A stretch of DNA of 64,000 nucleotides from assembly GCF_001194135.2 (NCBI RefSeq), contig NC_068991.1:41983009-42047008 (forward strand), read 5' to 3'. The notes under the pieces were generated by a model. That model was not told where the DNA came from and searched no databases. It was given only the letters and a program-made list of their open reading frames with translations. Positions 11,421 to 24,888 of this stretch are shown piece after piece. Source of the DNA: Octopus bimaculoides. Lineage: Eukaryota. The translations under genes and the position numbers were made by a program. Position 1 is the first letter of the stretch. Every line of letters starts with the position of its first letter.

Positions 11421-12959
11421 ACATTTATAATCTTAAGAATATTATTTCTCTTGCTCGCATTTTTCTATGTAATCCATGTTTTTTCCAGGCTATGCTGTTA
11501 TGCTAATTAATAATGTGTCAAATGTGTTAATTAGCGGTGTCGTTGATATTCTTTTCCTTACCTCAATGATATCGGTGACATATATCAAAAGTCCCCTAGA
11601 ACTATATTCATAATAAAATATAAAATTATATTATCACCCACAAATTTGAGAAACAAACACGCTTAACTTTTTTCTTTTAAAACTTCATTGCATGAGATTG
11701 ATATGAAATTCCCCGAATTGAGCTCTGTCATTTAAGCTTAATTAAAATATAATTTGTTTTTAAAATAAAAAAGTTAATTATACTTAAACCCAATTTTTTA
11801 CCTTACTTATATATTTTTCATATTTTACCTCACAACTTTTATGATACAAAGTTTTGTTGCATGGGATCAAAACTATGAAATTTTTCACGCTTTCTTCTAA
11901 GATAAATATATTTTGTTTCTAAGATAAAAAAGTTATTTAGATCTAAACTTGATTGGTGGCGTTACTTACTCTCCTATAACGTCGCTACAAATTTTGATGT
12001 AAACTTTTTTCTACTGAACCAAATCTCAATTTTTTAATGCCAATTTTTTAATGCTAGGGACCAGTCCTCTTCAAAAATGTTAACGGTTTTCCATTTGGCT
12101 AAGAACTGAATTAGCGACAAGCTCTGAAATATGTTGTGTGTGAGTAAATTGCGGCCTTAAGAATATCATTCAACTACTACTGTAGTTGAATGATATCTTT
12201 TGAAAGTGTATTTTGTTTTCAAACAACTCGTTCTTTACACCGTGTAAAAGTTTTGAATGAGCAGTTTTAGGTGACAACATCTCCGAAAGTTAAAGTCTTT
12301 GTTATACATTCATCACCTCTTCAATCTTGGGAGTTGTTATCTAATATTTTTTTAATAAATTTAAATTTCTATAATGTATTACTAATTACAACAAGTATTA
12401 ATCATTTTTAACACTAGAATGAAGCTAAATCCATTTCTTCATTGGAATTCACATCCATCAGGATTTGAACATTGAATTTAGAGAAACGAAACTAAATACT
12501 TGAAGGCATTAGACTTCTTGTTCCACAATCCACTGTTTCTGGTAACCAAACACTTCTCAGAATATTAATAAAATAAGGCGTCACATGAGAATTACAATCA
12601 CGTGATTCGGCATGCTAACAGGTTTTGTGGAAGAGCAAGGTTACCTCGTCCTGCTAACTTTTACAGGGCGTATCGGTAAGAAATTAGAATGCACAAATCT
12701 CTTTCGCTGATATGCCTATGCGTAAAGCTATAAATAGCACGCGTACAACTGTTGATATCATTAATAATTATCAAGTCACTACAATAGCAGTAAAGAAGAA
12801 AACTGATGGAGATGCTAAGGAGGCGAACCGGCTTCAAATCCTCAAAGAAATCGTTTTATTTCAACTGCACACAGGTAACAAATTATCTCCACAGCTTGCA
12901 TTTGCTGTTTATTGTTGTCTAGTCAAAATATATGAAAACGTATCTAAGCAATAAGTGTG

Positions 12960-13320
12960 TTGATTGCTTCGCACTTACTTTTAAAGAAACACGTTATTTT
13001 AATTGCCTGCAAGATTATTCGATTTTAGTCCTGTTAAAAACCCAAGTATTTCATTAGAGAAATGGATGTTGTTAACAAGAATAGTGCAATGTTGCTGTCT
13101 TTCAAAAGATATATTAGCAACAAAAGTGAAGTGAAAAAGTTTCAAACAAGAATTGAAAGCGTATGACTGATTTAGAATACTGAAAGATTACTTCTTGCTC
13201 TACAAAAATATCCAATCATTTCCAACAGTTATCTAATTGTTGCTACTGCCCTTTGGTGACAGCTTAGCTACTTAGGGAGAAAGCTTATGGCATCTCAGCT
13301 ATCACAGAAGCAAAATTACC
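12960..13320 (+). mobile_element. Possible hAT transposase C-terminal remnant, highly decayed
   Basis: Broken similarity to the hAT dimerisation motif (KYP...LPF...YL.E) around 13205-13290. Confidence 0.25.
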
Positions 13321-13724
13321 GAATCTATAAGATATTGGAATATCTGGTGAAAGCTTGTGGGTTGAAACTCACTGTCTGAGCAGAACACATAATTCTAAAG
13401 ATCCTCTGCTCACCGAAGGAATTCATTCTGCTTCTCCAGTGTGTTTTAAATATTAAACATATACACATTATTATTTTTCGGTCAGGAGAAAGAAAACGCC
13501 CATGACCCTTTATCAGGCCGCCAAAACTTGCGGGAAGGAAGGTGGAATAACAAAGTGGGTTCAATAAAGGCACTAAAGTACCACGTGTGGAGAGGGCAGT
13601 TTAAACCAGAGGACGTATTAAGCCTGCCACCGAAGAAAAGTATAGGGGTATTTCAATTTGGAATGCAAAAGAGCCGGAACAAACACTACAAGGCATATGC
13701 CGTCAAGGACTGGGTGTTTTTCAA

Positions 13725-13855
13725 TTTTTTTATACCGACCCCGAAAGGATAAAAGACAAAGTTGACCACAGTGAATGATACGAGTATAGAAACAGAAAAA
13801 ATACTGCGAAGTATTCTACTCAATGATCTAACGACTCTGCCAATTTGCTTGTGCA
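13725..13855 (-). mobile_element. SINE (10928 family), degraded
   Basis: Reverse complement ggcagagtcgttag...gtcaactttgtcttttatcctttcggggtcgg. Confidence 0.7.
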
Positions 13856-15593
13856 ATATGTGAGTGTATGTGCGTGTGTATGTGTGTGTGTGCATATGCA
13901 TGTGTATGCGTACGTATGTATATATATATAAATGTAAATATAAACATATATTTATATGTGTGTATATGTATATGTGTGTATATGTATATGTGATTGAATG
14001 TTTGTGTATGTGCGAGTGTATATGCGCACGCAAGTTATGAGTGGATAAAGATAGAAAGGTAGAATGGAGATACACTAAGAACACACTAAAACAAATACAC
14101 TACCCGACTCGCACGTCTTTTCTCAAAATCTTTGTTAAGCTGATTAAATGAAATTACATACACTGAGCTGTTTGACACATCACTATCAAATAGCATCTAT
14201 TTAAGATTGTGTTTCTTTGAAACTAAGTATTCTTAGGTGTTAGCAGATTGGTGTGTTAAAGGGCTGACGAACGTACCATGGTGTGTGAATGAAAAGAAAC
14301 ACTTTAGTCGGTTGCAGCATGTAATGTTACTTTCAACGTTTGAAACTAATCGGACAGGTTACAAAAATACAATTCTCACTTAAGCATATACACATGAATA
14401 AAATGATGCGTTTCTCTGTGTGTGCGTATATGTATATATGTATGTGTGTGTGTATGTATGTATGTATGTATGTATATATGTATGTGTGTGTGTATGTATG
14501 TATGTATGTATATATGTATGTCTGTGTGTATGTATGTATGTATACGCGTATGCATATATATATATATATNNNNNNNNNNNNNNNNNNNNNNNNNNNNNNN
14601 NNNNNNNNNNNNNNNNNNNNNNNNNNNNNNNNNNNNNNNNNNNNNNNNNNNNNNNNNNNNNNNNNNNNNNNNNNNNNNNNNNNNNNNNNNNNNNNNNNNN
14701 NNNNNNNNNNNNNNNNNNNNNNNNNNNNNNNNNNNNNNNNNNNNNNNNNNNNNNNNNNNNNNNNNNNNNNNNNNNNNNNNNNNNNNNNNNNNNNNNNNNN
14801 NNNNNNNNNNNNNNNNNNNNNNNNNNNNNNNNNNNNNNNNNNNNNNNNNNNNNNNNNNNNNNNNNNNNNNNNNNNNNNNNNNNNNNNNNNNNNNNNNNNN
14901 NNNNNNNNNNNNNNNNNNNNNNNNNNNNNNNNNNNNNNNNNNNNNNNNNNNNNNNNNNNNNNNNNNNNNNNNNNNNNNNNNNNNNNNNNNNNNNNNNNNN
15001 NNNNNNNNNNNNNNNNNNNNNNNNNNNNNNNNNNNNNNNNNNNNNNNNNNNNNNNNAATATACCAGAATTTATTATTAATCACGACAATTGTTTCGACAC
15101 ATCTAACATCGATTCCTCTTGAGTGGGACACTCAACAACTAGTTCAGGAGCATCCGGTGGTGCAGATGTATCTCGTCGGGTCATAAATAAATACAACTCA
15201 TTAAAATGACTGTTCCGCAATGTAACTTTCTGTTTTGTAGAGAGAAAAGCACTCAGACGGAGGAAATATCTTCATTTATATAGAAGATCAAAAATAAAAT
15301 CACAGATAGCAAAAGGAGAAATGAACACGCAAAAAACGAACAGCGAGAAAAGTATTAAAAATAACCGTTAACAGATATGGATGTATAAACGCTCTCGGGC
15401 AAGCTGCATGGCGCGAGTACACTCACTCATACAAGCATCCGCAAAAATGTGAGCATACGTACACGTGAGGTTTGGTGCACTCATTATCACCGAGCGAGTT
15501 AGTCATCTACTTGGTGTTTATAAGAATGAGGAGGTTAAAAGTAAACTTAAGTCATCCATTCCTTAAAGTAAATTAAGTTAAGTTAACAGTTAC

Positions 15594-16085
15594 TCAAAAT
15601 TCATTTTCACTGCATTGCGCGAAAGTACATTTATATGCGTGTAAGCATCTCGAGAGTCGTTCAGAAATTCTATTAATTATCTTCTTGTTAGTCCACAGAA
15701 TAGAATGGGATTCCTCGGAGCAAAGACGGCATCTCCTGGAAATCATATTGTATGGTTTTTCATACCGTACTATGGACCAATTAATGCTGTACTTCGTTTT
15801 ATTCTGCTTCGGTTGCCATAAAAAATCTGCCAAAGAATATGAATGTCTCTTACTGATTGCCTTAAAGCTGGTAACATGGTTACGATAACGATTCTTAAAT
15901 GAATCAGTCGTCTGCTCAATGTAAACATAGGGCCCTCCCCTTGTGTGCATGGTACATTTATATGCAAGATTTGTACTCATACAGAGATTAATCAAAGGAC
16001 ATTTTGATTTTTCTCTGCATGAGCATTTATCGTATTTATTTGTAAATAAGGCAGTCCCGACTCCATTTACCGGCGTTGTTACCAT
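15594..16085 (-). mobile_element. Penelope-like GIY-YIG endonuclease fragment, open for 163 codons
   Basis: CSCREKSKCPL...LAYKC...YVYIEQT...FKNRYRNH...SLADFLW...INWSIV...PY...CRLC.EE...INR.SE...CLH. The YIG motif is altered to YIE. Confidence 0.85.
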
Positions 16086-16168
16086 GCTAGCTGTATCATA
16101 AGTATTTCTGCTACTACAAATTGGTCGTAGTTGGTGTTTATCAATGCGGTTTACAACTTCTTGGTAAG

Positions 16169-16200
<32 letters not shown>

Positions 16201-16206
<6 letters not shown>

Positions 16207-18436
16207 TAGATAAGGTCGGTTTATGGGATTACTCTGGGTTTCACTTCAATAAAGAGTTTAGCCTTACGGCGTGTCATCAGATCCCAAAGCCTGTTGGCTT
16301 AAGGCCTCTCTAGAATATTATTACCATATAAGATCATAAACCGAACTTTACTTCAAACCCTAAATGCCGCCTGCTTAATTCGGCCAAATCCGACATCGGT
16401 CAAGCTAGCAAGCATATATTGAGAAGCATCAATAACGACATAAGAAGAGACGCCAACCTTTCATTATGGCGTGGCACCAGCGAGGTGATTGCATGGTTTA
16501 ATACCAACAAGGGGAGAGGCAGAGCAAGTTTCCCCTAGTTTCACCCGTCTATATCAAAAGGATTACTAGTCAAGGTGCTTTCCTTTGTTAGGGGCTTCAC
16601 TGACGTTAGCGACAGGGATATAGATGTCATTATGCACGCCAGAAAAACAGTGCTGTTCAATAAAGGTTCGACCTGGGTCAAGCAATCCAACTCCGTGGGC
16701 TCCTTTGATGTAGCGATGGGGGTCTACGATAGCGCTGATGTATGTGACCTCATCGGGTTGTATATCCTTGATACCCCTAAGAAAAAGTTCCCTTTTGTTC
16801 TCTTTGGTCTCTACAGTGATGACGCCCTGGCCATCTCTAGAGGAGCAAACGGGCACACACCCTAGACAGGTTTAGAAAAGATCTAATTAGCACACTTGGC
16901 ATCATGGGACTGAAAATAACAATCGAAATCAACCTCACCCCTGCGGACTTCTTAGACGTAACGCTTGACTTGGGCTCCAGTACATATAGGCCCTACCGCA
17001 AGCTAAATGAGAGGCTAACGTACACTATCACCAACACATCGTGTTCAAAAACCTGGTGAAGGGTGTTACCAAGAGGATCACGAACTTGTCCTCCATTCAA
17101 GAGATTTTTGATGCAGTAGCCCCCTACTATAACGAGGCTCTAGCTGCTAGCGGATATAGGGACTGCGTCTCCTACATGTCGGGCCTCAACATCCATAGAA
17201 GGAAGCGTCACAGAAATATCATTTGGTTTAACACCCCACTTCTCTCAACGTAAAAACGTCTGTAGGTAGGATATTCCTTAAGTTAATAGATAAAGATTTC
17301 ATACGTTCATATAGGTACGGACGCATTTTCAACAAGCACAACCTAAGGGTCTCTTTTAGCAGTGCCCCCAATATTAAGAGCATTCTAGTTAGCACCCCTA
17401 GACCACAAGTGGAGGCAGGATGCTCATGCAGAAACCACAACAGAGAGAGGCCACTGAGAGGCCACTGAGAAACCAAGGGAGTCGTCTATGTAGCTGAGGT
17501 ACTGGCTGACCCTAAAAGCAGCAGCAACATCAGCAGCTCCCCAACGGCTACTGCAGTATCAGGGATGACAGTACCAATAGAAGCAGCAGAGACACGAACA
17601 GAACCAGCGACAACACCATCACCATCGCCAGCGATACCAACAATAACAGCAACAACAGCAATGGCAGTATCCCTAACGGAAAGAGCAGCAGAGCCATCTT
17701 TAGTGTTATCTATAACAGCAGTGACAGCACCTCCATCAATGGCAATGACCATAATAACAACATCAACGACAACAACAGCACCATTACCAACACCGGCAGT
17801 GACAGCACCAACAGCGCCAGTACCAGAAACATCAGTACCAACAAGAGCGGTAGCAGCAACGCCAACACCAACAGGCACAGTACCGCCAACATCTGACCAC
17901 AGAGATACATCGGTTGCTCCGGGAACACGTTCAAACAATGACTCTCCGACCACAGATCCTCCTTCAGTATACCGAAAAGGAGATACGTTACGTCATTAGC
18001 CAGCCATATATGGCAGTTGATAGACGACGGGATTCCATGCAGAATATCTTGGAGAATCCTAGGAAATCTAGGCCCCTACATAAACGGGACCAAGTGCTGT
18101 AAACAATGCATAGCGGAACAGGCAAGGATTCTAAGGGACTCTCTCGACTCGGGGAACATCCTTAACTCGAGAACGGAGGTCTTCGGACCGTGTTTGCATT
18201 TCAGAATATTCCTGCTCGCCTATTGGAACCCACAGGGTAACAGGGTCACTGGTGATCGATAGCCAAAGAGAGACAGTCCCTTGTTGTTGACATTGAGTAG
18301 CGAAGTCTTTCCTCCTTCATATTCTAAAGAGCCCTTAAGCCAACAGGTTTTGGGATCTGATGATATGCCGTAAAACTAAACGCTTTATGGACGTGAAAAC
18401 CAGGGTAATCCCATAGACCGGTCTTATCTAACTTTA
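16201..18436 (+). mobile_element. 5'-truncated Penelope-like retroelement (RT + GIY-YIG) with ~116-bp inverted pseudo-LTRs, inactivated
   Basis: RT motifs KDHKPNF..NPKCRLLN.AKSDIG (16330), FDVAMGVYDSADVCDLIGLY and GLYSDD (16700-16825), RKRHRNIIWFN (17200). EN motifs CSCR..., GVVY (17478-17489), YIG (17906-17914), SLASHIWQL...ISWRIL..PY..C..C...LNSR.E..C.H (to 18262). 16201-16316 is the reverse complement of 18320-18436. Confidence 0.92.
18351..18413 (+). ncRNA. Hammerhead-like motif in the PLE pseudo-LTR (inverted copy at 16224-16286, minus strand)
   Basis: 6-bp stem I TGGGAT/ATCCCA; CTGATGA 18357-18363; GAAA 18395-18398; GTA 18405-18407. Stem II is long (31 nt) and irregular. Confidence 0.55.
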
Positions 18437-18560
18437 TGTATATCATATACTGCTCCATAACTTAGAGTGTGCTTCTTTTTAGGATTTATGCTTTACCAGC
18501 GATATATATACATATACATACATATATACATACATACATACATACATACATACATACATG

Positions 18561-18630
<70 letters not shown>

Positions 18631-20630
18631 NNNNNNNNNNNNNNNNNNNNNNNNNNNNNNNNNNNNNNNNNNNNNNNNNNNNNNNNNNNNNNNNNNNNNN
18701 NNNNNNNNNNNNNNNNNNNNNNNNNNNNNNNNNNNNNNNNNNNNNNNNNNNNNNNNNNNNNNNNNNNNNNNNNNNNNNNNNNNNNNNNNNNNNNNNNNNN
18801 NNNNNNNNNNNNNNNNNNNNNNNNNNNNNNNNNNNNNNNNNNNNNNNNNNNNNNNNNNNNNNNNNNNNNNNNNNNNNNNNNNNNNNNNNNNNNNNNNNNN
18901 NNNNNNNNNNNNNNNNNNNNNNNNNNNNNNNNNNNNNNNNNNNNNNNNNNNNNNNNNNNNNNNNNNNNNNNNNNNNNNNNNNNNNNNNNNNNNNNNNNNN
19001 NNNNNNNNNNNNNNNNNNNNNNNNNNNNNNNNNNNNNNNNNNNNNNNNNNNNNNNNNNNNNNNNNNNNNNNNNNNNNNNNNNNNNNNNNNNNNNNNNNNN
19101 NNNNNNNNNNNNNNNNNNNNNNNNNNNNNNNNNNNNNNNNNNNNNNNNNNNNNNCCGCTGTTAATTTTTTTCATTTTGTCGCCTGAATAGTCGCAGACTA
19201 TGAAATTCTCTGAGTAGCGACGGACTGAATCAACAGTTTTTTTTTCTAAATTGTTGAATTGGCTGTGCTTGGGAAGGGTGGGTGGAGTGGAAAAGAAAAG
19301 CCTGAAATAAGAAGGACTTAAGCAACCATGTGAGTCACCACAGTGGCAGTGTAAGGTGTTTCTAATGTATATGTGGGCGTGCGTGTGTGTGTGTGTGTAT
19401 GTGTGTGTGTGTGTGTGTGTGTGTTTGTGTGTGTATGTGTTTGTGCATATACATACATCTTGCCTTTATATTCATGTGAAGACTGGACTCCGTGGACTCT
19501 GCGGAAGAAACCGCCATGATTCAACGGAGAGGAAGGCGCTGCAGCAACGCATCGTGGAGTGCAGAGACTAAGATGCGGCAAGTAAGACATCTTGGTCATC
19601 CACTGCATCCATCTCCATCCCCAGTCATCTTGATCTTGTCTTACATTTGGACTGAAGATGATCACGGAAGCCTCTATGTAGTTTATCGACCGGCTAGAAA
19701 TAGTTAATAAATTTTGACCCAAATCTACGAGACAGACATCATTTTACAGTTGCCTTACCTGAGATACAGGTGTTAATGCTTTCGACCGGCTTACCTTTTA
19801 GTAGCAGGTATATTACCAACAACAACAGAAAGAATCCAGCCAACCACCAGCCACTTCTCAGAGATACGCATGAATGGCAAGCAACCCGTATCTGTGTGTC
19901 GAATTTTAATTAGATGAGTATAATGTACACACGTTTATCAGCTGGCAAGACCTAAGATATATAAAAAAGAAAACTGATGATGGAGTATTAACTATATACA
20001 TCCAACATAGCTCATTGCCACTGATGCAAGATGATGCCGTGTATATATTGTTTATACAGAAGCATGAGATGCTTTTCTTTTTCAGTAATTTTTTTTTCTT
20101 TTTATCAAGAACACGGGTTATATGCCCAGCCATCTAGCCTACACCTTGAAACTCCTCGCAAACACAAATACACGCGCACGCACGCACTTCACACACACGC
20201 ACGCACACACGTCTAACTCTTGCAACCATTCCTAACTAAAGAAACCATCGTTGATAAGATTGTATCTGTAAAAAAGGTGACATTAACAAGTAAATTAAGA
20301 ATGAAAAAATTCAGTTATCTCCTTCATCGAGCTACAAAGTGGTAGAACTTAGCATAGCTGAAGTGGATTGAAAGGAACAGGGAGTAGGTATTGGTGAGGA
20401 GGAAAATAAATGTAATGATGATTTTAGGATAATGAACGAAACAGATGTATATCTTTTAACAGTGATTTCCCCTACACCCTTAAAGCTGGGTGTATATTTT
20501 ATGCCACTCCACACTGTTTGTGTACACAAGGTGTCTCATAAAGCAGCGTTTAATTGTTTTTATCCTTGAAAATTTGAGATTTGTATGGGATATCTGTATA
20601 TATTTGAAGGTATAAAAAAAGAAAAAGTGA

Positions 20631-20666
<36 letters not shown>

Positions 20667-21779
20667 ATGCGCGTCGTGTTTGCTTGTTTTCTTGCACGCT
20701 CGTATATTTGCCAAAATATGTATATACGTATACTGATATTATCGAAGCATGTTTATACACAGTGGCGGATGCCAAAATCGAGGAAGCTTCTAACAAAACT
20801 GTTTATGGCATTTAATTTTGTTTCTTTACGTTCAGGGTTCAAATTCGACTTTTTCTTTCATCGTGAACCTACACTTCTCACCAAATACGTATGACTCGAG
20901 TTCAAGTTAAATCATCATCTATACATATGTATATATATCACTACCGCAGTACTTTAACGGAAGGCTATGTAAAGTAGTGGCGATTTTTCAAAATGTGCGT
21001 CTGTACCTGTGCGTACGGTAGACTTAAAACTACTATGAGGTACTGTAGATCAGTTAAATTGACTCCTATATAAATGTGAGGCTTTGTGCCAATGTTAGAA
21101 ATAAGTATTATTTAGATAAATATCTAAAAAAAAAAACAGTCATTTATTGTTGTGATTTTTGTTATTATCGTTGTTTGGTCCCAGGTCAGGTTTAGTCGAG
21201 CTGGCCATTTATAAAAGGCATTCCACTTGTGACGAGTGCTATTTCAGAACTTAGAGTTACAATACGAAAAATAGGCAGGAACTTACATATCCAAACCTGA
21301 ATTCTACAACTTGGGCAATGCCCAATTCGGATAAAGTACCTGTGCCAAAATTATGATGCTTCTTCCATTTAAGGACACAAGTGGAATTTTTTAACATGAA
21401 TTTGACATGAATTTTGAAGAACGGCGTTCAACCACGAGATGTCAGTGTTTCATCGGAGCGTAAAAAAATAGCGTTTATCTGTAACATCGGAAAAAGATCG
21501 AACGATATTTTAGAGCTGATATACAATGGGTGTGACTCTATATAGCCCCAAAAGTGACAATTGTTTTTAAATAGTTCAAAGAGAAGCCTGAAGTGTGTTA
21601 CTCCATAATGAAAATTTAAACAATGCAATTTCTATTGGCTACTCAGTACATCTCAAAGAGGTACATCTCAAAGACTACATCTCATTGTGTTACTCCAATG
21701 TGATGAAACATAAGTGGATTATTTGAGTGGTTCTTAAAATGTTAACTATTTATTTGGTTAATAACGAGTTTACGTAAAA

Positions 21780-24700
21780 TGTCCATGTTACTTGTGAAAG
21801 TCAGATATTCGAGCTAAGGAAACGTTTTGTACTCAGAAGAACTGGTCGATGAGAAAAAACTGGTTGTTGGAGAAAGTAATACCATTGTCGTGAAATTGCA
21901 TAATCACCAACGTCGTGAGTGTACTTGTCCACTGATGTTGTGGTGGTTGCTTGTTGGTGTGTGTTGTATATGTTGAAGGCCACTGTCGTGTGATCAAGCT
22001 GATTGCGTGTATAATAAATGAAGTAAAACACAAACTTTTACCTTTTATCATATCTATTACTGCTGGACATGATTTACCGTGTTGTCTGTTTACGAAAGAA
22101 AGATGCTGATAATAAAACCGCCGACTGAGAAGAGGGAACTGCACCGTGTCATGTAGAAGGTTAGTTGTGGTACATGTGTGAATGTCCGAAATTGTTTCTT
22201 GCTTGAGCTGGTCTGTCTGAATGTCTAAGACCGTCTGGTCTCAGTGCTCTGCCTTCTGTGAGTGCACAGGTGGTCTACGCGAATTCCCGAAGCCGTCTGC
22301 CTTGTCAGTTACCCGAAGCCATCTGCCCTGCTCGCTTGCCTGAGGTTGTTTGCTTTGTGACTTAGGCGCCAAACTGTTTTGAAGGGTGAAAAGGGGGTGA
22401 AGTTTAGATCATCCGAGGAGCCATACCACACACAGCTTCACGCTGATTGGTCAATGTATAGATGAATCACGTGAAACCGTGATGGCTCACTCGTGATCCC
22501 TACCTAGCATCTGGAGTTCGAATCCCTACAGGAGTCTTCTCCCAATGATTTGCCGTGTAAACGAAAAGAACGAATCAACTAAATAGCGAAATTACATAGA
22601 AATACAATATGCTAACACAAGTGAAAAAAAAAACATGCATTGAATAGAGAATAAATGCTGAGCGAAAGTTCATTTGACAATGATTAAGCAATAAATGTGT
22701 ATATACAAATAGTATCTTCAGCTTGCAACACATTGATATAAATACGGGATAATGCGTCTGCTGCATAATTTTCAGTACCTTTAATATGACGTATCTCCAC
22801 CGGAAACTGTGAAATACAAGGTGTCTAATGTCTCTTGGGGAATATTTATCCGTTTTGGGTTAATGGTTTATACAGATGGTGAACGTTCTTCCTTCAAAGA
22901 AATAGCAAAAGTGTTTTACTGACAATTAACTTACGGTCAATAACTCTAGCCCGAAAGTACTTGAAAAGCTTTGAAAAAAAGAAAGAACTTGACAGTAATT
23001 TTGGACAAACTGTTGAGTATTCCTCCGATTCCAACGTCAGATGCATTTACCATTAGTGATAGGGTGCATCGGGTATCGGATGGGCTAGCAATGTAACTCT
23101 AGTTCTTTAATGTCGTTAAAAAACTGTAATTCTGTCGGAGTTAAAGAAATAGTTTCATTTTTCCGTTTACAATTACGTAGTGATTTTGTCTCTGTACAGA
23201 GCGTGATAAATCGCCTATAGAAGTTAATAAGCCCGAGAAACTCTCGCAACTTCCTCAATGATGTAGGAACAGGAATATTTGTAATCGTATTTACTTTTTC
23301 CTTCAACGGTCGGATTCCTTCTATCAATAATATGTCCTAAAAATGAGATAGAAGAAACACCAAAAAAACATTTGCTTAAGTTAATTACGACGCCATATTG
23401 TGATAACCTAGTAAAACGTTGTTTCAAACGCTGTTCATGCTGATCTTCGGTAGGCCTAGCAATCGACAAGTCGTCGATACAGGCGAACACAAAGTCTAAA
23501 CCAAGAGTAACTTCGTCAATAAACCCCTGGAAAGTATTCGCAGCATTTCTAAGACCAAAATGCATTTTTTAAGAAATTCGGCAAGTCCAAAAGGAAAAGT
23601 TATAGCAGTTTTAGGGACATCAGCAGGTTCTGTGGGAATCTGATTATCGGTGAGTACTGATTTTCGAAAAAACAGTACAAGCATATAAAAAAGCTGAGAA
23701 ATCATGATATGAGGAACTGGATTTCTATGAGGAGCATAGATAAAACATTCAATCGTCTGTTGTCTCCACAGGGATGCCAATCTCCCTCAGTTTTCTTCGG
23801 AACTATAAACAGCGAAGACCAATTACTACAGGAAGGTCGAAATATTCCGAGGTCCAACATGTGGCCAAATTCGTCTTTTGCTATTTTTAATTTGGCAGCA
23901 GGTCTGCTCGCAATGAAACAAGAGGTCCTTCATTGATATGATGCGTAATTGAGTGTACTGGATTCCTGTTTTAAAAACGGTACGAGTGATGTCTGGAAAT
24001 ATTTAAAGAATCGTGTGATAACGATTAGATGTAGAGGGTACAAAGAAAAGAGAATCGACAGCAGCAGATTTAATGCGCGTACCTTGTTCTGACAAATTCT
24101 TTTCAGAGTCTATCAGTCTTTTGTGTTTTCAATCTATAAGAAGACCAAAGTCAAATACGAAATCAGCAGTGATAATAGGATATGCAAGACACACAACCAG
24201 AAAAATCCACTTGAATTGACATCACAAATTAAAATTGAAGGTCATAGAATAAGAGAATGTTTAACAGCTTGTAAGGTTATTACTGTCGATTTTTGCGATT
24301 CGCATAAGAAAGTTACTGGTCAAATTCTACAAGCTACTCCAGTACCTACCAGGAACCAATTTTTGGAAATAGTGTCGTACGCATAAAAGACGCGCCTTAT
24401 TGAAGGTACACCAAGAGATATAATCATGCTTATTTCCCTAGCGCTGCTGTTTTTCTCGTGGTTGTGTAGCGAATTTCAAAGAACAAGGCTAAGTGCAACT
24501 GTGTGCACTAGCACCAAAACGGTTCTGATACCTTAAAAATGTCGTAAATCTCGCACGAGGACTAAATGAGCAATCTCTTGAAGTCCTCCCGCAACGAGAA
24601 TTCGAGCACGGAGAATATCGAGGTAACTGCAATTTCACGAGCCATTTTAACGCCTACAAGAGAGCAGAGCTCTACTACTCAGTTGGCCGACTTGACATAT

Positions 24701-24780
24701 GGTATTATGGATAGACCACCTCAGGCAAACGAACAAGGCAGACGGAAAACGATAGACAACCAAGAGTTACAGCAAGCTCG
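21780..24780 (-). mobile_element. Decayed Gypsy/Ty3 LTR retrotransposon (gag-protease-RT-RNase H-integrase tail fragments)
   Basis: Protease WFLVGTG (~24350); RT QIPTEPADVPKTAITFPFGL, HFGLRNAANTFQGFIDEV...ACIDD...KCFFG...FLGH, LREFLGLINFYRRFI; RNase H LAHPIPDAPLSLMVNASDVGIGG (~23050). Many stops and frameshifts. Confidence 0.88.
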
Positions 24781-24818
24781 TGTATGCGAGTAGCTACATA
24801 TATATGTGTGTACATATG

Positions 24819-24888
<70 letters not shown>

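Noticed and set aside
17486-17953. Minus-strand 155-aa V/A/G-rich ORF
   Set aside because: Antisense shadow of the T/A/P-rich spacer in the PLE endonuclease.
22480-22540. tRNA-like A and B boxes (GTTCGAATCC)
   Set aside because: No cloverleaf can be folded. More likely a SINE-head relic than a tRNA gene.
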